NCBI GenBank assembly: GCA_026391695.1
Contig: JAPLDP010000089.1
Span: 5,042 to 69,041, forward strand
Origin: Bacteroidota bacterium
GTDB lineage: Bacteria > Bacteroidota > Bacteroidia > Bacteroidales > JAGONC01
Direction of reading: 5' to 3'
DNA length: 64,000 bases
Below, piece after piece: positions 46,164 through 54,786 of the stretch. Below the pieces are notes generated by a model. It was given only the letters and a program-made list of their open reading frames with translations, was not told the DNA's origin and did not search any database. Each line of letters opens with the position of its first letter. The stretch's first letter is position 1. The position numbers and the translations under genes were made by a program.

Positions 46164-46632
46164 TGCAAATGGTATTGATTTGTTCCTGTGTTAGTTTTCC
46201 GTTGACCCATGTGGGATCAAATGTTGCACCATAGCGCTTATAAAAATCCATTGCCGGCTTGTTCCAGTCCAGCACTTGCCACATTAACCGCCGGGTCTTC
46301 AGTTCATGAGCCCTACGGATGACAGCATCAAACAGCTTTGTGCCGATCCCCTGGCGACGGAACTCCTGTTTTACGATAATATCTTCAAGGTACAGGCATA
46401 ATCCTCTCCATGTAGAATAGCTTAAAAAATAAAATGCTATGCCCATGATCTGGCCATCTGATTCAGCCAGTATCACTTCAAATATAGGATTCGGGCCAAA
46501 GCCATCTCGCCTGAGTTCTTCAAGTGAAATTGTGACGTCATGAGGAGTTTTCTCATAATCTGCCAGTTCATGAATCATTTTCAGAACCTCAGGCAGATCG
46601 CCTTCATTGGCTTTACGTATGACCAAACTCAT
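46150..46632 (-). CDS. GNAT family N-acetyltransferase (diamine/SSAT-like)
   Basis: MSLVIRKANEGDLPEVLKMIHELADYEK, and the acetyl-CoA motif RRQGIGTKLF. The ORF-track TTG start at 46650 is possible but less likely than the ATG at 46632. Confidence 0.8.
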   Translation of the reverse strand: MSLVIRKANEGDLPEVLKMIHELADYEKTPHDVTISLEELRRDGFGPNPIFEVILAESDGQIMGIAFYFLSYSTWRGLCLYLEDIIVKQEFRRQGIGTKLFDAVIRRAHELKTRRLMWQVLDWNKPAMDFYKRYGATFDPTWVNGKLTQEQINTICNDNE

Positions 46633-46667
46633 GCCTTTTGAATACACCAAGAAAGTAAAACTTACAG

Positions 46668-47615
46668 TCAGTGAATATCGATCCGATGCAATATATACAA
46701 CATATGCTGCAAAAACGGCGTTATTTCTGCCATATACTCCTTCACCGCTTTCACGCTGCCGGGTATGGCGAATACCAGGCTCAGTCCCATAACCCCTGCC
46801 ACGCTCCGGCTGAGAAAAGCAGTGGGTTTTTCCTGCCCATATTTGAAACGTATCCTATCCATGATCCCGGGAATCTCCTTATCCAGCACTTTCAGCACAA
46901 CATCTGTGGTGATATCCCGTGGGCCAATACCTGTGCCTCCTGTCGTGAAAATGAAGTCAATCCTTGAGTCGCGGGCACCCAAGAGGATATTGTGAAGCTT
47001 CCTGGCATCGTCGGGAATGATAATCCTGTCTATTTCAAATTGGCGGTGCTGTTTTGAAAAGTATTCTTCCATCACTCTTTCAACTTCCGGTCCGCTCCTG
47101 TCCTCATATTCTCCGCTGCTGGCCCTGTCGCTGAGAGTGATGACCAGTACCTTGTAAACCTTCGGCCTGTATTCGATATAATCTCCTGGCCGTACTTTTC
47201 CATGATGCATCACTCGTGCAAATACACCTTCTGCCGGCATGATACATTTGCCGACTTCTTTAAAAATCGCACAGGAAATGCCGTGACACTCCTTCCCTAT
47301 TTGGGTTACTTCAAGTTCCGCTGACCCGACAATAAGCCTGTCAAGCGGTGAAACCTTTGACCAGTCGAGACCTTCGGTAGTGATATTCTCTGCAAACTCA
47401 CCATACTGTATCTTCCTTTCGGCAGTCTGTTCGAATTTTGCAATACTTTCCACACCAAGTAAACTCACTTGGCGATGCCATGTACCGGCATGTGCATCAT
47501 GAATGATACCCAGATCATCAATGGTGATTTCATCTACAGGTTTTTTAATGGTACCTTTTTCTTTCGAGATATTGACCGATAAAACCTTCATTTCATTATG
47601 AATAGCTGACTCCAT
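46668..47615 (-). CDS. Fusion protein: N-terminal MOSC domain + C-terminal MogA/MoaB molybdopterin adenylyltransferase domain
   Basis: N-terminal half MKVLSVNISKEKGTIKKPV...GDYIEYRP is MOSC-like. C-terminal half VLVITLSDRASSGEYEDRSGP...FTTGGTGIGPRD...LVFAIPGS is MogA/MoaB. An alternative start is the ATG at 47591. Confidence 0.75.
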   Translation of the reverse strand: MESAIHNEMKVLSVNISKEKGTIKKPVDEITIDDLGIIHDAHAGTWHRQVSLLGVESIAKFEQTAERKIQYGEFAENITTEGLDWSKVSPLDRLIVGSAELEVTQIGKECHGISCAIFKEVGKCIMPAEGVFARVMHHGKVRPGDYIEYRPKVYKVLVITLSDRASSGEYEDRSGPEVERVMEEYFSKQHRQFEIDRIIIPDDARKLHNILLGARDSRIDFIFTTGGTGIGPRDITTDVVLKVLDKEIPGIMDRIRFKYGQEKPTAFLSRSVAGVMGLSLVFAIPGSVKAVKEYMAEITPFLQHMLYILHRIDIH

Positions 47616-48087
47616 TTGTATCCCGCTTTGTTTTAAACTCTTTTGGAAATCTTATCCAGTGATAAATATTATAAAGTGCTGATGCCAGCAGCGATAAGCC
47701 CAATGCAACATAGAACTCACCAAGATAATCAGGCGGAAGAAATGAGCCCCTGACCACAATAATTCCCAGTGTGATCATACAAGCCATGATGATATAACCC
47801 CTGATGTTAAAAAAAGAAAAGACACAGGGCCTGTCCGGTTTAAGTGATAAAATCCGTCTTCTATGCTTTCTCACCACATAAAAAAATACTAACCGGAAAA
47901 AAAACAGAAAGCCAACAAAGCCAATGAGGATCTTGATCCAGTAATGAAATGGATTCATCTCCAGCTTAATGATTCCTATGCGCAATACCCTGAAGGCTGC
48001 ATACCCCCATAACAGACCCACTACTATGAGAAGCGTCCTTCGGGTTACTCCCGGCTTAAATTTCTGTATTAAATCCATTGTATTCAA
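47596..48087 (-). CDS. Hypothetical 4-TM membrane protein inside the Moco gene string
   Basis: 163 aa with four hydrophobic segments by eye and basic loops (RKHRRRILSLKPDR). No motif I recognise. Confidence 0.55.
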   Translation of the reverse strand: MNTMDLIQKFKPGVTRRTLLIVVGLLWGYAAFRVLRIGIIKLEMNPFHYWIKILIGFVGFLFFFRLVFFYVVRKHRRRILSLKPDRPCVFSFFNIRGYIIMACMITLGIIVVRGSFLPPDYLGEFYVALGLSLLASALYNIYHWIRFPKEFKTKRDTNGVSYS

Positions 48088-48138
48088 TAATCCCTTTCTC
48101 CCCTGATAATCATATTTATATACTTATTAGTTCCAGCT

Positions 48139-48585
48139 TCAAGCCTTCGTCTTACTCACCAGATGAATTCCCTCAATAATCATATCTTTATTCACAGACT
48201 TACACATATCATAAACTGTCAGCAATGATATATTCACTGCGGTCAGAGCTTCCATCTCCACGCCTGTTTTGCCAATGCAATGTACTTCACTGATTATTCT
48301 CACCCCTCCATCCTCGACAGAAGCTTTAACAGTAATATGAGTAATTTGCAATGGATGGCATAAAGGTATCAGTTCGCTGGCTTTCTTGGCACCCTGTATG
48401 CCTGCAATCTCAGCGACAGTCAGTACATCACCTTTTCTGATGGTGTTTTCCCTGATTCTTTCGATTGCATCTTTGTTAATCCTGATGAAACCTTCAGCTT
48501 TAGCGATCCGAAGCTGGTCTGGTTTATGACTAACATCCACCATATTGGCCTTGCCATCTTTATCGACATGACTAAACTCTTCCAT
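48139..48585 (-). CDS. moaC: Cyclic pyranopterin monophosphate synthase accessory protein MoaC
   Basis: FSHVDKDGKANMVDVSHK, IPLCHPL and GKTGVEMEALTA motifs. Confidence 0.92.
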   Translation of the reverse strand: MEEFSHVDKDGKANMVDVSHKPDQLRIAKAEGFIRINKDAIERIRENTIRKGDVLTVAEIAGIQGAKKASELIPLCHPLQITHITVKASVEDGGVRIISEVHCIGKTGVEMEALTAVNISLLTVYDMCKSVNKDMIIEGIHLVSKTKA

Positions 48586-48626
48586 AATCTTTAATTTTTC
48601 ATTTTTTATTCTTCATCCTTCATCAA

Positions 48627-49427
48627 TTATCCACCCGTATTATAAAACGTCCCGGACATGCTCATCGTTCCTCTTTCAGGTTTAACACTGACGGCCATTT
48701 CAATAGCTTTTTGAGGTCCAAGCTCTCTGACGTCAAATTCTAAATCGGAGAACAGGCAGGGTTTGATCCTGCCATTGGCCGTCAACCGCAACCGGTTGCA
48801 TACGCTGCAATTGCCACCATCACCTCCCTCGACAACCGAAAACTTACCATTTGAAAGATCCATCTTGTGAATAAAACGTACCTGCAGCTCATTCGCCCGG
48901 CAAAAAGATTCAACATCTCTGGCATCTTTCTCATCAGAAGATTTGATAACGACACAATTTATTTTAATAGGATAAAGCCCTGCCGACCTGGCTGCCAGTA
49001 TCCCTTTTAACACCTGTTCAATATCGCCGCCCCTTGTTGTTTGCCTGTACTTAACAGGATCGACCGTATCCAGGCTGATATTCACTCTTTGTAGTCCGGC
49101 TTCTGCCAGTGGTTGGGCGAACCTGTCGAGGAGTTGCCCGTTTGTGGTCATCGAAAGATCTGTAACACCTTGAATTTCAGATACCATCCTGATGAAATCG
49201 ACGATATCCCTACGTACTAGGGGTTCACCACCGGTGATCCGTATCTTGTCAATACCTAGTCGCACAGCTACTTTTACTACTTCTATGATCTCCTCATACC
49301 TCACTATCTCGTCATGCACCAGACTTTTAACCCCCTCTTCCGGCATACAATACCAGCAACGCAGATTACACCTGTCGGTCACTGATATCCTCAGGTAGCT
49401 GATTTGTCTATTATACCGGTCGAACAC
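48627..49427 (-). CDS. moaA: GTP 3',8-cyclase MoaA (compact 266-aa form)
   Basis: Radical-SAM motif CNLRCWYC, GGEPL, second cluster CSVCNRLRLTANGRIKPC, and the conserved C-terminal GG. Confidence 0.85.
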   Translation of the reverse strand: MFDRYNRQISYLRISVTDRCNLRCWYCMPEEGVKSLVHDEIVRYEEIIEVVKVAVRLGIDKIRITGGEPLVRRDIVDFIRMVSEIQGVTDLSMTTNGQLLDRFAQPLAEAGLQRVNISLDTVDPVKYRQTTRGGDIEQVLKGILAARSAGLYPIKINCVVIKSSDEKDARDVESFCRANELQVRFIHKMDLSNGKFSVVEGGDGGNCSVCNRLRLTANGRIKPCLFSDLEFDVRELGPQKAIEMAVSVKPERGTMSMSGTFYNTGG

Positions 49428-50589
49428 TGACGATATCTCCCTTTTTTATTATTGTTTCACCAATATTCATCGTGATTATCCCATCAGCATAAGCATAGGC
49501 ATGAATGTGTGCCGAGCCATGATAGTCCACAGGCATCACAAATCCCTCATCATTTATCCTGACCGGCAAAATAGTTTTACGCTTGGATTTTGACCTTGAA
49601 TAGTCTGTTCCCATTGGGAGTTTCAATGAAACCGGACGGAAATCGTATCCCATGATCTTGTAAAGCAATGGCTTAACCAGAATTTCAAAAATAACAAATG
49701 AAGATACCGGGTTACCGGGTAAACCGAATAATAGCTTTTTGCCGCGCACACCAAACAGGGTGGGTCGTCCGGGCTGAATGGCAATACTTTTAAATTTTAT
49801 TTCAAAGGCCATCTCATTCAGCACTTCGGGAACATAATCGTATTCTCCCATCGACACGCCGCCGGAAAGAATGACCACATCATCATCCAGAAATGCCCTG
49901 GAAATAAGACTGAATGTCGAATCCTTATCATCTCTTGCAATACCTAAATAATGAGCTGTCACACCCATGCCGGCAAGCTGTGCTGCGATCTGTGATGCAT
50001 TGCTGTTCCTTATCTGCGAGAGGCCAGGCTTCTGCCCAGGCTCTACCAGCTCATCACCGGTGCTGATAATGCCTACACCAGGACTTTGATATACAAGAGG
50101 AGATATGCATCCGACCGAAGCCATCACAGCAATTTCCTGTGGTCTTATAAATGTTCCCCTTTTCAAAACAATATCGCCTTCACGCAGATCCTCTGCCTGG
50201 TAACAGATATTTACATTCGTTTTTGCACTGGTGAACCTGACATGACCATCATTAGTCACAACTGTATCTTCGACCATAATGACCACATCCGCCCCTTGCG
50301 GCACCATGGCTCCGGTCATGATCCTGGAGCATTCCCCCTGCCTGATATGCTGTTCAGGAAATTTTCCTGCCGGTAAGATTTCAATGACCTTCAAATCCTT
50401 ATCCAGGTCCTGCTTACGACAGGCATAGCCATCCACAGCCGCCTTGTCGAAGGGAGGCATGGCCATATCCGAAATGATGTCTTCAGCCAATATCCTGCCA
50501 GAAGAATCAAGATGACCGATCCTATGAGTACCCGCTAAAAAAGCAGCTCCCAGAATAATATCATAAGCCTCTTCGAAGGTGACCATCAA
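49411..50589 (-). CDS. moeA: Molybdopterin molybdenumtransferase MoeA
   Basis: PPFDKAAVDGYA, STGDELV, SGGVSMGEYDY and GLPGNPVS motifs. Confidence 0.9.
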   Translation of the reverse strand: MMVTFEEAYDIILGAAFLAGTHRIGHLDSSGRILAEDIISDMAMPPFDKAAVDGYACRKQDLDKDLKVIEILPAGKFPEQHIRQGECSRIMTGAMVPQGADVVIMVEDTVVTNDGHVRFTSAKTNVNICYQAEDLREGDIVLKRGTFIRPQEIAVMASVGCISPLVYQSPGVGIISTGDELVEPGQKPGLSQIRNSNASQIAAQLAGMGVTAHYLGIARDDKDSTFSLISRAFLDDDVVILSGGVSMGEYDYVPEVLNEMAFEIKFKSIAIQPGRPTLFGVRGKKLLFGLPGNPVSSFVIFEILVKPLLYKIMGYDFRPVSLKLPMGTDYSRSKSKRKTILPVRINDEGFVMPVDYHGSAHIHAYAYADGIITMNIGETIIKKGDIVSVRPV

Positions 50590-50595
50590 AACAAA

Positions 50596-52680
50596 TTAAA
50601 TTTGGTCCGATTTTATGTCAGACTTGTTTAGTTGTTTTCTGAAAAAATTATAGATCTCTAATTGTGACCTGATCCTGCCATGATAATCTGATCTCTTATA
50701 TTGGTTCGGATGATCAGCGCTGATGATCCGTGCTTTGCAATTATCCCTTAGCTGTATCTGCAGCATGGTCATCATCTCTTTCTGGATAGTTTTATCATTT
50801 ACCGGACATACCACCTCGATACGGTGATCAAAATTCCGGGGCATCCAATCGGCTGATGAAATAAAATATTTCGGGTCATTATTGTTGCAAAATACACACA
50901 TCCTTGTATGCTCCAGAAATTTGTCGACAATGCTGATGGCTTCAATGTTTTCACTTAATCCCGGTATACCGGGAACAAGCACACAGATTCCCCGGGCAAT
51001 GATTTGTATTTTAACACCTGCCTGGCTTGCCTGGTATAGTTTCAAAGCGATTTTTTCATCCACTATGCTGTTCAGCTTTATGATAGCCCATGCATCCTTT
51101 CCCCTGCGTTTATTCCGTATTTCATTATTCAGCAGGCGCATAAAGAAATCCCTGATATTAAATGGCGCTACAACGAGGCTGTCAAATTTTGGTGGATGAT
51201 ATCTGCTTTCAAAAACCCTGAAAACATTATTGACGTCATTCACAATTTTCAGGTCAGCTGTCAGTAGGCTATCATCGGCATAAACCCTCGCAGTAGATTC
51301 ATTGAAGTTACCCGTACTGACATTGGCATAGCTGATCTCATGGCCTCCTTCCATCCGTTTAATAAGGATCAGTTTACAATGCACTTTAAAACCAGGAATG
51401 GTTTGAATGATCCGTACACCTTCATCTTTTAATTTATTGGTCCAGAAAATATTGGCTTCCTCATCAAAGCGAGCCTGAATTTCAAGGAAAACACTCACAT
51501 CCTTGCCATTTCGTGCAGCGTTGATAAGGGCATTCATCACACTGGAATCCTGGGCTACACGGTAAAAGGTCATCTTGATGGATGTCACCTTTGGATCAAT
51601 GGATGCCTCACGTAAAAGATCAATGATGTATTGAAAGGAATGGTAAGGATAGTGCAGCATGATATCCTTCTGCCTGATGCTTTCAAGGATGCTTTTATTT
51701 GCCGGAAGATCTCTGTGCGGTAAAGAAGGTGTTGGCGAAAAATACAGATGGGAAGGACCAATCTCTGGAAAAAACATGAAGTCCTTAAAATTATGGTACC
51801 TTCCGCCCTTTCTCAGGTTATCCATTTGAGTAATATCCAGCACATCGGTCAGCTTCTTGAGAAGCTTCGGAGGAATGGTAGCTTCATATACAAAACGAAC
51901 TGGGGCTCCCTTTTGTCGCTGTTTTACACTTTCACTCAGAATCTCTATAAAACTCTTGGAAACATCATTGTCTATGTCAAGTTCCGCATCACGGGTGAAC
52001 TTTATCGTATATGCCGAAAAACGGTCATAACCAAAAATGGAAAAAATATCCGACAGGCAATATCTGATCACATCATCCAGAACAATAATGAAGTTCTTCT
52101 TTCCTTTTGATGGCAAAATGATAAAACGGGGCAAAATATCAGTCGGAACCTTGATGATAGCCTGGGTGTCCTTTATGCCGGCATGGCTGCTCTTTAAATC
52201 AATGATCAGGTAAAGTGACTTGTCGACAAGGGCCGTTTGGTGATTGACATTATCCAGCATGATTGGGAATAGCTGGGCGCGGACATTCTCCTGGAAGTAC
52301 TTCTTCACGAAATCACCCTGTGACGGATCTAATTGTTTTTCGCTGATAATGAAAATGTCTTCTTTTGCCAGTTGTTTTGCGAGATCTATATAGGTCCTGT
52401 TAAAGATCTTCTCCTGTTCGAGTGCTATTTTATGGACCTGCTTAAGAATGCGGCGTGGGTCAGAGTCCAGTTTGTAATCTTTCCTTTTCAGATTCACCAT
52501 GCGTCGGAGTGTACCCACACGCACCCTGAAAAATTCATCACGGTTATTGGAGAAGATACCCAGAAATTTGAGCCGCTCAAACAATGGCATGGACTTATCC
52601 ATGGCCTCCTGCAACACTCTTTCGTTGAAATGGAGCCAGCTGATCTCCCTGTTGATCAAAACCGGTTTGGTCTTCTTCAT
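50596..52680 (-). CDS. ppk: Polyphosphate kinase 1
   Basis: REISWLHFNERVLQEA N-terminus. 694 aa with two PLD-like C-terminal domains (e.g. KVHCKLILI). Ends 6 nt before the moeA start. Confidence 0.9.
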   Translation of the reverse strand: MKKTKPVLINREISWLHFNERVLQEAMDKSMPLFERLKFLGIFSNNRDEFFRVRVGTLRRMVNLKRKDYKLDSDPRRILKQVHKIALEQEKIFNRTYIDLAKQLAKEDIFIISEKQLDPSQGDFVKKYFQENVRAQLFPIMLDNVNHQTALVDKSLYLIIDLKSSHAGIKDTQAIIKVPTDILPRFIILPSKGKKNFIIVLDDVIRYCLSDIFSIFGYDRFSAYTIKFTRDAELDIDNDVSKSFIEILSESVKQRQKGAPVRFVYEATIPPKLLKKLTDVLDITQMDNLRKGGRYHNFKDFMFFPEIGPSHLYFSPTPSLPHRDLPANKSILESIRQKDIMLHYPYHSFQYIIDLLREASIDPKVTSIKMTFYRVAQDSSVMNALINAARNGKDVSVFLEIQARFDEEANIFWTNKLKDEGVRIIQTIPGFKVHCKLILIKRMEGGHEISYANVSTGNFNESTARVYADDSLLTADLKIVNDVNNVFRVFESRYHPPKFDSLVVAPFNIRDFFMRLLNNEIRNKRRGKDAWAIIKLNSIVDEKIALKLYQASQAGVKIQIIARGICVLVPGIPGLSENIEAISIVDKFLEHTRMCVFCNNNDPKYFISSADWMPRNFDHRIEVVCPVNDKTIQKEMMTMLQIQLRDNCKARIISADHPNQYKRSDYHGRIRSQLEIYNFFRKQLNKSDIKSDQI

Positions 52681-52737
52681 GCTTACGGCAGCTTTATATT
52701 ATCTTTAAATTTTATTAAATATCCAATGTAAGTCTGG

Positions 52738-53232
52738 TTATGACAGTATTTTGGGGGTGATAAGAAATCTTGTTTTCTTCCTGGCATCCAATATCTCACA
52801 CCAACAATCTGTCCTGAATTCAATGCATACTACGCCGGATGTCGGCAAATCAATAATTTCCTTATCCAGGAACTGATTGGCAAAATCCGTCATATCGGGA
52901 TTATGACCGACGATCATAACCGAAATGATATCATCCGGAAGATGCATAACCAGTTCAGTCAGATCATACGCACCGCACATATAAACATCTTCACTCACTT
53001 CCACCTGACCGGCCGGGTAATTAAGAGTTTCCGCAAGTATTTTCGCCGTTTCTAATGCCCTCACTGCATGGCTGCAGATTATCCTGTCAACAGTAACTTT
53101 TTTTTCAACCAGGTATTCACACACGCGCCGGGTCTTCTCCCTGCCTTTCTCTATCAACGGCCTTTCAACATCACTCAATCCCGCATCATCCCATGAAGAT
53201 TTCGCATGCCTAACAATATATAATGTTTTCAT
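52738..53232 (-). CDS. Histidine phosphatase family protein (SixA-like)
   Basis: LYIVRHAKS (RHA catalytic motif) and VGHNP. 164 aa. Confidence 0.75.
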   Translation of the reverse strand: MKTLYIVRHAKSSWDDAGLSDVERPLIEKGREKTRRVCEYLVEKKVTVDRIICSHAVRALETAKILAETLNYPAGQVEVSEDVYMCGAYDLTELVMHLPDDIISVMIVGHNPDMTDFANQFLDKEIIDLPTSGVVCIEFRTDCWCEILDARKKTRFLITPKILS

Positions 53233-53252
53233 CTAAAAAATCCATTTATTTC

Positions 53253-53274
53253 ACCCACTGCTTAAGCAGTGGGT
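53253..53274 (-). terminator. Perfect 22-nt palindrome acccactgcttaagcagtgggt after glyA
   Basis: Read directly. It lies 7 nt after the glyA stop. On the minus strand a T-run follows only after ~13 nt. Confidence 0.45.
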
Positions 53275-53281
53275 CATATAC

Positions 53282-54559
53282 TTACGCATATAGCGGGAAC
53301 TCTGCCATCATTTCATTCACTCTTTTTCTGACAGAAGTGTTTTTATCCTCATTCTGAATATCGCAAAGGATCTCATCAATGAAATCAACAATCACCGGCA
53401 TATGTTTCTCTTTGAGTCCCCTTGTCGTAACAGCCGGTGTGCCGATCCTCAATCCGGAAGTCTGGAATGGTGTCCGTGAGTCAAATGGTACCATATTTTT
53501 GTTGACAGTGACATCTGCTCTGACCAGTGCATTCTCTGCATCCCTTCCGGAGAGATTTGGAAATTTTGTTCTCAGGTCAATGAGCATCAGATGGTTGTCG
53601 GTACCGCCCGAAATGATATGATAACCCTTTTGGATAAAGGCCTGAGCCATAACACTGGCATTCTTTTTAACCTGGATAATGTAGTCTTTGTATTCTTCAG
53701 TCAGTGCTTCACCAAAAGCAACAGCCTTGGCAGCAATGACATGCTCCAGCGGCCCGCCCTGAATACCTGGAAATACAGCGGAATCCAACAGTGATGCCAT
53801 AGTCCTGACCTCACCTTTCTTGGTTGTTATACCCCAGGGGTTGTCAAAGTCCTTGCCGATGAGTATCATACCTCCCCTTGGCCCCCGGAGGGTTTTGTGG
53901 GTGGTAGTGGTTATCACATGGCACCATGGCAATGGATCGTTGAGAAGACCCTTTGCTATCAGTCCTGCCGGATGCGCTATATCTGCCATTAATATCGCAT
54001 CCACCTTATCCGCTATCTCCCGCATCCTCTTGTAATCCCAATCCCTCGAATAGGCTGATGCACCTGCAATAATGAGCCTTGGCTTCTCAATCAGGGCTAT
54101 CTCCTCCATCCTGTCATAGTTTATCACTCCCGTACTTTCCTCTACCTCATAAGCTACAGGTTTATAAAGTATCCCCGACGAATTGACCGGTGATCCATGC
54201 GACAGGTGGCCACCATGCGAAAGATCCAGCCCCATAAAAGTATCACCGGGTTTAAGGCATGCCAGCATAACAGCCATATTGGCTTGGGCACCTGAATGCG
54301 GCTGAACATTTGCCCACTCAGCACCAAATAATTCCTTTGCACGGTCAATGGCAAGCTGCTCCGTTTTGTCAACATTTATACACCCACCGTAATAACGTTT
54401 AGTTGGATAACCCTCAGCATATTTATTCGTCATGACTGATCCCATCGCCTCCAGTACCTGCTCACTGACAAAATTTTCCGAAGCTATTAATTCCAAACCC
54501 ATGGTCTGGCGATTAACCTCCTGATGAATAATATCAAATACCAGTGTGTCGCGTTTCAT
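53282..54559 (-). CDS. glyA: Serine hydroxymethyltransferase
   Basis: [16 protein letters not shown], and [14 protein letters not shown] (the PLP lysine). Confidence 0.97.
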   Translation of the reverse strand: MKRDTLVFDIIHQEVNRQTMGLELIASENFVSEQVLEAMGSVMTNKYAEGYPTKRYYGGCINVDKTEQLAIDRAKELFGAEWANVQPHSGAQANMAVMLACLKPGDTFMGLDLSHGGHLSHGSPVNSSGILYKPVAYEVEESTGVINYDRMEEIALIEKPRLIIAGASAYSRDWDYKRMREIADKVDAILMADIAHPAGLIAKGLLNDPLPWCHVITTTTHKTLRGPRGGMILIGKDFDNPWGITTKKGEVRTMASLLDSAVFPGIQGGPLEHVIAAKAVAFGEALTEEYKDYIIQVKKNASVMAQAFIQKGYHIISGGTDNHLMLIDLRTKFPNLSGRDAENALVRADVTVNKNMVPFDSRTPFQTSGLRIGTPAVTTRGLKEKHMPVIVDFIDEILCDIQNEDKNTSVRKRVNEMMAEFPLYA

Positions 54560-54610
54560 AAAATTTACTTTTTCAAATAATCAATAGTTAATACGAATCC
54601 TTACCAATGG

Positions 54611-54618
54611 CAAAATTA
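54611..54618 (-). promoter_or_regulatory. Candidate -7 box TAATTTTG for glyA
   Basis: The plus strand reads caaaatta. It lies 51 nt upstream of the ATG at 54559. Confidence 0.35.
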
Positions 54619-54748
54619 TGAATTTTAATATAGTACGTTGAGGATTTGTTCGGCCTTTTCTCGAGACCTTCTGGTCTGGCAGGTCCGGCAAGTCTTTTAC
54701 GTCACCCGAAATTCCTTATCACCACAACAAACTCCCGCAGAATTCCGT

Positions 54749-54756
54749 TATCTTTG
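54749..54756 (+). promoter_or_regulatory. Candidate -7 box TATCTTTG for the T9SS cargo gene
   Basis: Lies 30 nt upstream of the ATG at 54787. Confidence 0.45.
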
Positions 54757-54786
54757 TCCTGCTAATTAAGTTATCCAAACATCCTC

